A stretch of 37,275 bases of DNA from Octopus sinensis (Eukaryota): the NCBI RefSeq assembly GCF_006345805.1, contig NW_021835926.1:1-37275 (forward strand), written 5' to 3'. Positions 1 through 13,015 of the stretch are shown piece by piece. The position numbers and the translations under genes were made by a program. Below the pieces are notes generated by a model. The model worked only from the letters and a program-made list of their open reading frames with translations. It was not told where the DNA came from and made no database searches. How positions within the stretch are numbered: the stretch's first letter is position 1; every line of letters starts with the position of its first letter.

Positions 1-219
1 CATACACGCACATGCATATATATCCACACATGTTATACTCATTAGCATACACACTCAGATATACACATATACATAGAAACTACTTCAATACAGAAGTATG
101 ACAAATTGCTATACACACATTCACATAAACTGTATATATATGCTGTGCGTGTGTGTGTGTGCATGTGTGCTTGTGCTTGTGTGCGCGTGTATGTATGTCT
201 AGTGTGTATGTATATATAC

Positions 220-252
<33 letters not shown>

Positions 253-435
253 TGTATGTATGTATATATATACATACATATCACGTTGTGTATATCTATA
301 AATATGTAGATATATCTGTATATCTATATACATACAAATGCACATACTTATTAAACATATATGCGCATATACATTCATGCATACATACCTCTATACATCT
401 ATACACACACACAAGCACACACACACATATGCATC

Positions 436-471
<36 letters not shown>

Positions 472-500
472 CATGATTATATGTCTATACCATGCATGCA

Positions 501-545
<45 letters not shown>

Positions 546-579
546 GCATGTACGTATGTAAGTATATGTATAATGCAGC

Positions 580-613
<34 letters not shown>

Positions 614-627
614 TATATATGTATATA

Positions 628-701
<74 letters not shown>

Positions 702-780
702 GCATGTACGCATGTATGTATATATGTATGTCAGTATATATGTGTCTCTGTGTATGTGTTATATAGGTGCTTATATGTGT
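1..780. repeat. Compound (TA)n/(TATG)n/(CA)n microsatellite field
   Basis: Direct reading; the overlapping YI/CV-rich ORFs are artefacts of it. Confidence 0.95.
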
Positions 781-1085
781 GTTTCTGTTTACGAAGAATG
801 AAAAACGAAAAGCTAAAAATACAATAAAAGTATACAAAAATGCACGACGCTAATAAAATAACATATGTGATATGGACAAAAGGTAAGAACGAACATAACA
901 TATGTCAAACAAAAGCCACAAACACTACTGCCAAGTTCACTAGAATGGTATTTAGCTTGCAACATCACTCGGTCGATTTTTTGACATGAATACATCAGAT
1001 ACATCGAGATGACCGCTTACAACAACAATAAAGACAAACCAACAAGGCTACTTTACTGGAAAGAATAAAATCACAAGAATTACTA

Positions 1086-1114
1086 CTATTACTACAACTA
1101 TTGATATAATAATA

Positions 1115-1153
<39 letters not shown>

Positions 1154-1235
1154 CAATAGAAAGAAGAACAAGAACAAGACCAAGAAGAAGGAGAAGAAGA
1201 AACAGAACAACAATAATAATAATAATAAAAAAAAA

Positions 1236-1287
<52 letters not shown>

Positions 1288-1290
1288 TAA
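1086..1290. repeat. Compound (AAT)n/(GAA)n trinucleotide tract
   Basis: Direct reading. Confidence 0.9.
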
Positions 1291-1703
1291 TATTACGGTA
1301 GAAACAACGATACCAATAACATTAATAGTAATAAAAGCCATAAAAATTTCAAAAGAGTAGAGACGAAAAAGATTTAAAAAAATAGAGGTAAAAAAAAAAG
1401 ATGGAAACCAACAACAAACAAACCACACAATTGAGTCTGCAGTGAAAATGTGTCATGTTGACGTGTAATGACGTCATAGCAACCGAATGTTATTGGGTTT
1501 TATGGACCGTTGCCAAGCAGAGTGTCACAGTTTTATATTGAGAATGTCTCAGATACAAGTATACGAAAGTGTACACGAGGATATCAAATTATGATAATGT
1601 TGAATATCACTGTCTGCCTGACGAATATCGATAAAACGTGTATATTTACACGTCTCCCTCTATTTCTTTCTCATTTCTTTCCTTCTTTCAAAATCTATAT
1701 ATA

Positions 1704-1768
<65 letters not shown>

Positions 1769-2039
1769 GGAGTGGGCAAAAAAGCAGTACACACACACAC
1801 ACACACCCACACACATACCAAGTGCATTGTGGTGGAGACCAGTTTGCGGAGGCAATTACATTGGAATCGTAGGTGATCTTGTATTGAGAAATAGTTGTGA
1901 AACAAGATCACCAAGGATCGAAACGCAATCACCGCTGTAAACTTGTCACCACAAACGTAGGAACACAATATTTTAGTTTTGTGATTGAATAGAATTAAAG
2001 TCTTGTTCTAAGGAACAAAAGAGCTTTTATATATGGATC

Positions 2040-2192
<153 letters not shown>

Positions 2193-2257
2193 TTGTGTGT
2201 GTGCGTGTGTCTGTTGTCTACTTACGCCGCCAATTTTATATTTTCTTGAAAAGAAGC

Positions 2258-2299
<42 letters not shown>

Positions 2300-2434
2300 T
2301 ATAATATAGATATATATATAGATATACATACATACATACATTATATATGCAAAATTGTATATAGATATATACATACATATATATATATGTATATTAATAT
2401 ATAAATACCCCCCACATATAATATATATATATAT

Positions 2435-2471
<37 letters not shown>

Positions 2472-3093
2472 ATATATACACATATCTATATATCATACAC
2501 ACACATACATAAAATAAGAGTACAGATTGGTTAAAGTTTCACTACAGCTGTTTCAGACGCGTTTTTCATTGATGAATAATTCGTTTACATCATGAAAAAG
2601 AAAGCGTTTCCTTGAGATGAAATAAAAATTTTTCGTTTGAAAAAAAAAAGAAGAAAAAACCTCAAGATCTGGAATGTAGACCGATCCTCTTATTTTGGTA
2701 ACAATGCGGAGAGTGAAGACTTACCGAAGTTTCGCCAGATTTCATAGGCCTGAAGGATCAGAAAACCATCAACGGACAAAGCCACATGAAAAAATTTTTA
2801 AATTGATGGCTAGGGATAAAAGATAAGAGGAAGACAGAGAGAAAAATAGGAAGGAGGGGGAAGAGAGGGAGGAAAAGGAAGAGGGGGATAGATTTAAGGT
2901 TTATCAGCGCGCATTGTAGTCAAGAACAAAAGTCCTGGCACCGAAAGAGGAATTACTAATAACCCAAGATAATCAAAATATTTATGATAACGCATGTCTA
3001 CTTACACTCATACTAGTCACACGGACATGCATTTATGTACACGTGCGTGTATGTATGTGTATCTACATACATAATACATACCTATATATACAT

Positions 3094-3143
<50 letters not shown>

Positions 3144-3304
3144 GTGTGTGTATATATATATATGTCTCTCCTCTCTCTCCGGCTCTCTCTATATATATAT
3201 ATATATATATGGGTGTGTATATATATGTATATATATATATTATATCTATATTATTATATATATATATGGGGGTGTGTGTATTATGGTATATCTATATCTA
3301 TATC

Positions 3305-3399
<95 letters not shown>

Positions 3400-3402
3400 T
3401 AA

Positions 3403-3437
<35 letters not shown>

Positions 3438-3441
3438 TGAA

Positions 3442-3776
3442 GGCGCATAGCTCAGTGGTTAGAGCGTCGAACGTACGATCATGAGGTTGTGAGTTCGAAT
3501 CCCGGACCGAGTTGCGTGTTGTGTTCTTGAGCAAGGTACTTTATTTTTCACATTGCTCCAGTTCACTCAGCTGTAGAAATGAGTTGTGACGTCACTGGTG
3601 CCAAGCTGTATCGGCCCCTTTGCCTTTCCCTTGGGTAACATCGGTGACGTGGAGAAGGGAGGCTGGTATGCATGGGCGATTGCTGGTCTTCCATAAACAA
3701 CCTTGCCCGGACTTGTGCCTCGGAGGGTAACTTTGTAGGTGCAATCCCATGGTCATTCGTGACCGAAGGGAGTCTC
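3442..3776 (+). mobile_element. tRNA-derived SINE with CORE-like middle domain
   Basis: Pol III A box TAGCTCAGTGG (3448-3458) and B box GTTCGAATCC (3493-3502), then GTGTTCTTGAGCAAG...CACTCAGCTGTAGAAATGAG resembling the CORE domain, then a non-tRNA 3' body. Confidence 0.85.
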
Positions 3777-4644
3777 CGATATGTCATACATATATATATT
3801 TCCAAATTTGTGTGAATGTGTATAGAATAATATATCAGTTGAATAAGGTTAAAACGTGAAAACCACATATACATGTACGGAGGAAGTGATACACGAACAC
3901 ACACACAGATATAACAAACATACGTACATATACACATGCTTAAATGTACATATGCACGCATATATATACATAGACGTATATATACATCGACACATCTACT
4001 TGTACGTGAACACATGCCTATATATACACAGGTATGTAGACTTACACACCAAAATACCTGTTCAGTTGTGTTTCTTACCAGAACGCTGTATTATGGTAAC
4101 TGAAGAGGTTCCAGTTAGAACTGTAACTTTTGCCTGTAAAACACGCTAAGACACTTTGTTCACACTATTAAATTAGAGCATGATACTATGTAAACGCTCC
4201 ATGAGAATGATTGTTCCATTCGACAGACTGGTAAAGATTCACCGACCAATGCAATCTCACCAAAAATTGCTCTCTCTCTACCCTTCGACCTCTTTATTGT
4301 AACTATGACCATTAATCTAACTTTTTCTAATTTCCCCACAACAACACCAAAATGTTTGACCAATAACCCTTACACTCCTCGTTGTTTAAGAGCTAACAAC
4401 CACTTTCCTTGAAGATTTATTTTAGGTATGTTTATAAGATAATGATGTATGGTTTTTAAGATTATAAGGTGGTAAAATAATGATTATAAAGGTAAGACCA
4501 TTGCTCACAAAATAACTGGTTGAATAAGCTGTTAAGTGCAAAACCTGATTTTCCTGTAAATAATTTTTAATCCCCAAAATTCTTTCATCAAATATTGTAA
4601 CCGTATTAAGAACTTTTTTGAAAACTTTTCAATATATATATATA

Positions 4645-5279
4645 TATACGTAAATATAAGAGAGTGACCACTATGTGGTCGAATTGTATTTCTGGTTTTT
4701 ATGCACTAAGCCACTTGGTGTTAAATTGATGGTATTATTAAATTAGTATCCAATTTTTTAACCCTTATTAGTTGATTGTAATTATACTGCAGTTAATTTT
4801 GTATGCAGTATCTGTTTCCGTGAATTTTGGCGGGCTTAGCGGGGGTATTGGAATCATAACGGCGAATGCAATCGACTGAACCGCATGTGTGTTTATCGTT
4901 ATGGTAAAATCTGGCATGCGGTTGAGTAAATTGTATTCTAGACAAATTCTGCTGAGGAGCTACAGATATGTTATGTGAGTAAAATTACATAATTTATTAA
5001 TAGCAAAACAATTGTCCAGAATTCATCTGCATTTTTGTTATTTTTTTATTTGCCCTGTTCGTTTACGCTAATAGTTGTGCTAACTTTCATCGGAAACAAT
5101 TCTTCGGGGTTGAAACCGTAGCGGATCTATTTTTAGTGGCAGAGTCGACCACATAGTGGTCACTCTCTTATATTTACGTATAAACTTTATTGTATTCCTG
5201 GTTTTTATGCACTAAGCCACTTGGTGTTAAATTGATGGTATTATTAAATTAGTATCCAATTTTTTCACCCTTATTAGTT
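4645..5279 (-). mobile_element. Non-autonomous Penelope-like/retrozyme-like unit with direct repeats, an inverted end and a hammerhead-like core
   Basis: 91-nt direct repeats 4683-4773 and 5189-5279 (2 mismatches); perfect 38-bp inverted repeat 4645-4682 vs 5145-5182; minus-strand hammerhead-like core 5107-5072. Confidence 0.6.
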
Positions 5280-5318
5280 TATATATATATATATATATAT
5301 ATATTATTATATAATATA

Positions 5319-5363
<45 letters not shown>

Positions 5364-6538
5364 ATGTATATAAATGTATGACTATAAATTGAAGATACAA
5401 TCATTAACATGAATATATCAGTGGTTAACGTATAATTTGTCTCTCTGTATACTCTCTTAGCGCTATCTGAACATTTAATGTGACTTTAGGGTCAGGTTTT
5501 GAATGCTATTTCAGCGTGGTGGTATCTCTCAGATACCCTAATTTATAGTTTTAAATAATTATTACCTTTGTAAGGTTTTTATTCCCATGCTGGCCAATTG
5601 ATAAGATCGATATTTAAATATCGACCGTATCCTTATTTATAAATATATATATACCTCGTTCAGAGATTTATTATATATATGTATATATGTATGTATGTAT
5701 GTATGTGTGTGTGTGTGTGTGTGTGTGCGTGTAAATATTTATATTTGTTTCTAGTTACAGACATAAAATGAATATATATTATATATATATATATACATAC
5801 ATACATACATACATATGTATATATATACATAAACACATACACACACGCACGGACATACACACACATGTATAAGCATAATGTAGAACTCTTGTCTGCATTT
5901 TTTTTGCTCTTTAGATATCCAGTGACGTCATCAATTCTAGTTGATAAATATCCTCGTTTTCTACGTTTGGTTTTTATTTTCTATTTTTTTATTTTTATGC
6001 CGCTTTCAAATTGTCAAAAAATATGGAATTAGTACGGTATTTTATATTTTATTTCATAAACGAAATTTTTTTTTATTCAATGACGTCGTTCTTGGCTGAA
6101 CGAATGATTGTCTAAAGTTTGGTCTGGTTTTTCTTTGTGTTAGCGTTTTTAACAGCTAAAATATTTTTCAAATGTTCTGTTAGAGTTTCACCAATTTCGA
6201 TTACCTTGATTATGTGGTAGTAAATATAAAGTTCTTAAGTTTTTTCTTCTTCTTTATAAGAATTCTCCTAATAATATACACGCAGCCATTTCACTACTTG
6301 ATACTGAACAAGCTGGCATTCTAGAAACTACCAAGAGAAACGCTAAGCTTCTTGAATAATAAAGAATTACTTCTCCTGACTTAGGAGTTTTGAGAAACTT
6401 ATTCAAGGGAGATTACTCTATAAAGCTTCTTGCAAGATATATCATTCAGCTATTTTAGCTAAAGACCAACCACAGACTACTACATTACATACATTTTCGT
6501 ACACATTATCATAATTTTAATAATATATTTGCAATATA

Positions 6539-6594
<56 letters not shown>

Positions 6595-6904
6595 GTGTGT
6601 GTGAATATATATGTATGTATATGTTAATGCAGTTGGAACAGTTGTTGGATTTTTAAGGTGCTATCTAAAATAAAAATAGGATTTTCTTCGTACATATTGA
6701 CTGTTGTTAATACTATGAAATTCTCAAAATTCCGTATAAGGATTATTGGATTTACCTGTCATACATAAGAATTTACCTGGGATTTGTATTCCACATACAT
6801 TTACTGGTATCTACTTGTTGGAAATTTAACCTTATTCCTTTATACAGAGCGCTTACTTGATATCTTCCAGGAGTTTTAAATCCCATTTTTTCGTCTATAT
6901 ACAT

Positions 6905-7040
6905 GAATACCTACATACATGCATGCATGCATACATACAAACATACATACATACATACATACATACGTAACCTACCTACCTACATACATACATACATACA
7001 TACATACATACATACATACATACATACATACATACATACA
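6905..7040. repeat. (TACA)n microsatellite
   Basis: Direct reading. Confidence 0.95.
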
Positions 7041-8307
7041 TGTGGAGAGGTTGAATGATATTTCATCCTTTACTTTGGAGGGTTCGAAAGGGTGATTTCT
7101 AACGAAGATTCTTCATATTTTGCTGGTAGCTTACTGGTGTAAGCTTTTTGCGAATATGAAATTATTAAATGTATATGGTGTGTTATGAGAATTTAGGGAA
7201 AGGTATCCCATAGAAACTCAACAAGTATGTTAAAAAATGGAAAAGAGAAGATGTTAAAATTTAATAGAATTTTAGTACATGCATACAATCGTTTTGAACA
7301 GCAATATTAGCATGTAAATAACATGGTAAAATAAGTCAAATTAATTTGATTAAATTAAATTAATTACATATCACTGTTCTCCTCAGTGCAAGAAGTATAC
7401 AACAGGAATTATCATTATTATTTCAGAAGACTTGATGAAGGAAATAGCAGATAACAAATTCGGATATACATATTTCATCCTTATGAAAATTTGAGATCAT
7501 ACTAAAGAATGTTGTTGCGTCTAGTTGTGTATAAACTAAAGACTGTTGCATCTAACGGTTATTTGAAAATATGAGTGAAAAATGTTTAAGAGACGTCCCC
7601 TCCATATAGTATTAAGTAGATAAGTAATTTAAACTCCCAATAAGTCATTCATCATAGAAAGTTTAACAGAGGTGTTCAATGGAAAGACATAGTTATATTT
7701 GAATTAGGATACGAATTGACAGTTATAAGTAATATTAGGTATGGTGTGTATTTTAAAAAACTTTTTGTGTGAGAATGAAATTAAAACTAGTGAATTTAGT
7801 AATATATAGTAGGCTGCTAGAATGCAACGAGAATAATAGTTATTTCAAATACTTCAATAGCTATATATAATGGAAAATTTTGTTAGTGCGAGAACTTATA
7901 TCCATTTGTGCGAATTAAATATGAGGTAAAAAAATAAAAATAGGAAAATTAGTTGTTAATATTACAGAATTGAAATAGTAAATACTTGCTGTGGCTAAAG
8001 ATATGAAATAAACGTTCATAGATATCATAGATGTTTTAAGACTGAAAATTAACAATGTAGGGGAGATAAACATACATATATATAGGTATGTCTATATAAT
8101 GGTGTATATATATATATATATATGTATGTATGTACGTATATGTGTGTTTGTGAGCGTGGGACATACGTATATGTGCAATCATTTTAAAAGAATATGAATT
8201 GGTGGTAATATAAAGTTAATAAGCACGCAATAGTATTGATAATAATAATAATAATAACAATAATTATAATATTAATGATATTAAAACATGATATAAATAA
8301 AATAGAT

Positions 8308-8445
8308 GACTAGGACAAACCATGGGCCCCACATGTGATATGTGGAAACTGTCGATCTACTCTAGAAGGATGGTTAAGAGGTACATGAAGGTCAATGCCT
8401 TTTGCCATTCCAAGGGTATGGAGAGAGCCAAAGAACCATCAAGAT
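8308..8445 (+). pseudogene. DNA transposase N-terminal fragment, probably Chapaev3/CMC type
   Basis: Translates D*DKPWAPHVICGNCRSTLEGWLRGT*RSMPFAIPRVWREPKNHQD. The WAPHxxCxxC...MPFAxPxxWREPxNH pattern is one I associate with Chapaev3 transposases (recalled, unverified). Both stops are single C>T changes (CAG>TAG, CGA>TGA). Confidence 0.6.
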
Positions 8446-8455
8446 GTTTATTGGT

Positions 8456-8818
8456 CGGCCACATACAGTGAGAATGACATTGGAAAGGCTGGAGCAGTTT
8501 GAATGGGAAACGATGCTCCACCCACCATATTCGCCGAACATTGCCCCATTTGATTATCATATATTCCAGTCTTCAAAATCATTTGGACGGAAAAAATATA
8601 AATTCTGTAGACGAGGTCAGAACAGTACTGGAGGAGTATTTTTCGTAACGGACAAGTGAATTTTGGAAGAAGGGCCTTGCACGTCTACCAGATATATGGA
8701 AGTGCATTGTAGAAAATGAAGGCGAGCACATTTTAGATTAAAAAATAACTTTGTTTTTCTTAATTTTGAAAAATAAAAAAAGTATAAAAAACCGCATTAT
8801 TTATGGGATGATCCAATA
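8456..8818 (+). mobile_element. mariner 3' fragment with right TIR
   Basis: RPH...WETMLHPPYSPNIAPFDYHIF (YSPDLAPSD motif), a frameshift, then ...FWKKGLARLPDIWKCIVENEGEHILD* (stop 8739-8741); TIR-like end ...TTATGGGATGATCCAATA followed by TA. Confidence 0.9.
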
Positions 8819-8999
8819 TATATATACAATCAATTCTCTTTTTGCACAGAGACAACCGTGTAAAAAAAATAATATACAGTGTACATATGAAAATTAGAAA
8901 TAGGCTCCATCCAAATATACTTAATCAAAGCAATGTTAATTTTCATATATAAAATTCATAAATAAAATTCAAATAAATTGAATTATATATATGTAACAT

Positions 9000-10823
9000 A
9001 ATCATTCAGCTGGCAGTAAACGTGCCCACTTTCTGTCGTTTTTCGGTGGCGCAAAAATCACTCTAGTTACTGGAAATATTTAATGGCGAAATATCTTCAT
9101 GTGCATCTTGAATAAAATTAACGTCTTGTGTTTCTTTTGTTTCACTGGTTTTGAATCAGACGCTGTGATTTTATTTTTGTTAGTTCTTTATATGATTCTT
9201 CACACCGTGCCATAATCATTTTCAAATCACGTTGGAATTGCTCAGCTCGTTCAACATTGTTATCATTTCTAAAAAAATGATTTCTCCGTTCGTTGGCTAT
9301 TTTGGAGACCTTCTAGAATTGTACTTGCACATAGTGGAACTACTTCTTCATCATCACTACTATAAACTAACGTGGAATCATATACATTCTCTGAAATACT
9401 TACTATAATTTGTTCTCCATTAGGAGCTTCATCAATTGTTAATTCTGCTATATCTTTAATTGTTAATTCTTCAAAACCTTCTCTGCCAATCTGATGAGAC
9501 AGAGTGATGATGTCAGAATGTAATTCATTTGTATCTATATTAGACACGAGATTTTTAAGCTCTATAAATTCTGGCCAAAGCATGCATTTAGGATGGATGG
9601 CTTTAATTTGGATAAAACCAGGGCAGCATATTTAACACAATTCTAGTTTATTTGTTCCATGCTGGAATGATTGAAAAAGTACCATTTTTTTTTAGTTCAT
9701 CTATAATAGATTCAAATGTTCGTTGGATAGAATATGATTTGAATGTTGAAATTATATCCTGATCAAGCGGTTGAATAGGTGGCAAGAATACGACTTTTAC
9801 ATTCGGGTGTTCCAAATTTGGATGACCGGGTGCATTGTCTATAAGTAAAAGGACCTTAAACTCAAGAGCGTTATCTTCCATATACCTTCTTATTTCAAGA
9901 GCGAAGCAGCTGTTAAACCTTCCAGGAAACATTTCTGCTGTCATCTATAATTTTTTATTGGCTCTCCATTGAACTGGTAATTTACGTAAGTCTACGCCTT
10001 TCATTGCACGTGGACGAACTGATCGATTAATTAATAACAGTTTTAACAAACAACCTCCCGAAGCATTGCTACATAACAAGAAAGTTACACGGTCTTTAGC
10101 TGCCTTAAAACCACTGGCACTTTTCTCTGATTTTGCTACACACGTTCTGTTTGGCATTTTTTTCTGAAGGAGACTAATTTCATCTGCGTTGAAACTGTCT
10201 GAAATATAACCGTCTTCAATTATTTTGGCTAGTTTTGGAAGAAATTCTTCAGCAGCAGTCTTATCTGCCGATGGAATTTCCCCTCTCAGTTTTATATTAC
10301 GCAGTGCGTCTCTTTCGAGGAATTTTGTAAGTAATCCCGCACTTGTAGCAACTTTTTTTTTTATCACTAGACAGATGTAACGCACTTGACACCAGATCCT
10401 TAATCTTCTTGTAAAATCGTAATGCTATCTGTTTTATGGTTTTGCCATCTAATGGTATTCTTTTTTGATTGTTTTCTTCTATCCGTACTATTAAAGCTTT
10501 CTCCATTTTTTCTTGAATCTGTCTCTTGTATATGACGACAACTTGCCGGACAATTTTGTTCTACAGATCTAATGGCAGCATCATTCCTTTTGATTGTTTT
10601 TATCGTAGCTTCGTTCAGGCAGAAAGCTCTACCCAAGGACACTGCACTTTCGCTCTTACAAAGACGATCCAAAATATTGATCTTGGTCTCCAAAGAAATT
10701 GAAGCTCTTTTATTTTTCTTAGATGTATCAACCGACATTTTGGGGTAGGTTATCACTATGACGACCGCAAAAGGTATGTACAGTGCATAGGCCCAACCCA
10801 CACCGGAGAGTGGGGGATCACTA
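9000..10823 (-). pseudogene. pogo/Tigger transposon with frameshifted CENP-B-like DDE transposase
   Basis: ATG at 10738; psq-type HTH (RASISLETKINILDRL), CENP-B HTH (MEKALIVRIEE...PLDGKTIKQIALRFY), DDE motifs FNADE, LLLIDNAPGH and IQPLDQ split over five ORFs; candidate 5' TIR TA|TAGTGATCCCCC at about 10823. The 3' TIR was not identified. Confidence 0.92.
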
Positions 10824-11009
10824 TACAGAAAAAAAATTGATTGGATTCTATTTTACTTCGCTAAATTGTTACATTGAGTTCCGGCGTTTTGTAAATTATA
10901 ATTGATCGATGTTACTTAATCGCTTACTCGCCATTTGCAATAAATTCCGTGGTCACACAAGAACAAATGTTTAAATCGTGTTAAAGTAAATATATATATA
11001 TATATATAT

Positions 11010-11375
11010 ACTAGCAGTATCGCCCGGCGTTGCTCGGGTTTGTAAGGGAAATAACTATAAAGCATTTTTAGAGAGTTATAGTCAAAAAATGGAAAAAAAT
11101 TATGGTAAATTTTTTTTAGTTAAAAATGTCGAGTTGCGTCCCCTAGACAGTCTGTGGTTTGTGTTTCTGATTCTCGACCCCATGTCGAATTTATCGATCT
11201 TTTTCAGAACTGGGGGAACTTTTCAAAATTTTCGCTGCGTTAGTTTTGAATTATGACATTGGGCTATGTGTGTGTCAAGTTTCATCAGAATCGGTTGAAA
11301 GCCGTGGTCAGGGTGAGGGTACGAGAAAAAGACACACAGAACACACACAGACAAACTGCCGTTTATATATATATC
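11010..11375 (+). mobile_element. Non-autonomous Helitron-like element (Lep1/DINE-1/HINE-like)
   Basis: 5' ACTAGCAGTATCGCCCGGCGTTGCTCGGG with a subterminal hairpin; internal AAGTTTCATCAGAATCGGTTGAAAGCCGTG; an (AC)/(AGAC) tract; 3' TTTATATATA. A second copy lies at 35182-35735. Confidence 0.7.
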
Positions 11376-11381
11376 TATATA

Positions 11382-11421
<40 letters not shown>

Positions 11422-11641
11422 TGCAAAAAAGTAATCGGTTCTTCTCGTTGGACCGTGTTATTTGAAAACCGTGCAAAAAGAAAATTGAATATACTTGCGT
11501 GTGTCTACAATTTTATTTCTACATCGGCTGCCTCCTCATCCTTTCTCTTTTTCCCTTTCTTTTATCTCCTTTCTTGACCATGAAGAATAGGTAGTAAGCA
11601 GTATGTATGTATACATACATAATACAGTATGTAAGCAGTAC

Positions 11642-11709
<68 letters not shown>

Positions 11710-11744
11710 ATATGTATATGAATATATATATATATATATGCATA

Positions 11745-12022
11745 TTCTTTTATTCCTTTATTTGTTTCAGTCATTTGACTGTGGCCATACTGGAGCACCT
11801 CCTTTAGTCGAGCAAAATCGGTCCCAGGACTTATTCTTTGTATGCCTAGTACTTATTCGATCGGTCTCTTTTGCCGAGCCGCTAAGTTAGGGTGACGTAA
11901 ACACAACCAGCATCGGTTGTCAAGCGATGTTGTGGGGACAAACATAGACACACAAACACACACTCACACACATGTATATATATATATATATATATAATAT
12001 ATATATATAATATATTATATAT

Positions 12023-12062
<40 letters not shown>

Positions 12063-12216
12063 GACTGGCTTTTTGCAGTTCCGTCTACCAAATCCACTTA
12101 CAAAGCCTTACAAGGCTATATTGGAAGACACTTGTCCAAGGTGCCACGCAGTGGGAATGAACTCAGAACCATGTGCTTGGTAAGCAAGCTACTTACCACA
12201 CTGCTACTCCTGCACC
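11745..12216 (-). mobile_element. tRNA-derived SINE family A, near full length with internal microsatellite
   Basis: Minus-strand head GCAGGAGTAGCAGTGTGGTAAG...GAGTTCATTCCC, CORE-like GCACCTTGGACAAGTGTC, internal (TA)/(TG) tract, 3' tail GGTGCTCCAGTATGGCCACAGTCAAATGACTGAAAC. Confidence 0.85.
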
Positions 12217-12249
12217 CACATGTATAAAATATATACATAAATATAATAC

Positions 12250-12345
<96 letters not shown>

Positions 12346-12531
12346 TAACACACATATATATATATATATATATTATATACATACATACATACACACATAT
12401 ATATATATATATATTAGATATAATATACATTTAATAATGAGTGAGATAATTGAATATTAATTTAATTAATATCAATTTAAAACCAGTAGCCTAGTATATA
12501 TAAAAAATTTGAAAAATCAGAAAAAATTTCA

Positions 12532-13015
12532 ATACGTGTATATTTAGGGATAAACCACTAAGTGGATAACCATACGCTAGAAGAAGATCACATACGATCT
12601 AACTACAAAGAAAGAATGTTCTCCAGAGAAAACTAGAAAATAAGCGGGCAAGACAGATGAAAATTATATAAAAATCGAGAATTAATCGTATACCGGTTCC
12701 GTCTATTACCGAATAAATTACTTACGTAATCCTTCGTCCGCAGACTCGCCAGTACGATCGTTCCACTTCCATATAAAACTGGAAATGTGCTTAATTCTAC
12801 CGATTACATTGGGGTTATTTTCAAACGGCTAAGTTCTGGCGCGCTAAATTCCGGAAAAAGTTCTGCGGCAGATAAATTACTGCAGTTAATGTTGCCAATT
12901 AGAGAACCTATTCATTTTAACATACACTGAATTTTCTCTGGAGAACATTCTTTCTTTGTAGTTAGATCGTATAGCGTATGGTTATCCACCGAGTGGTTTA
13001 TTCCTAAATATACAC

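Noticed and set aside
3442-3515. Apparent tRNA gene
   Set aside because: A and B boxes are present, but there is no convincing acceptor stem or T-run terminator, and it continues into a SINE body.
5990-6900. GIY-YIG-like scraps on the minus strand (IGETLTEHLKNI; VEYKSQVNSYV*Q) and a short plus-strand reading at about 6260-6500
   Set aside because: Too short and require unexplained deletions; not distinguishable from chance without a profile search.
8824-8850. Candidate 3' TIR of the Tigger element
   Set aside because: TA|CAATCAATTCTC matches the other end too poorly to call.
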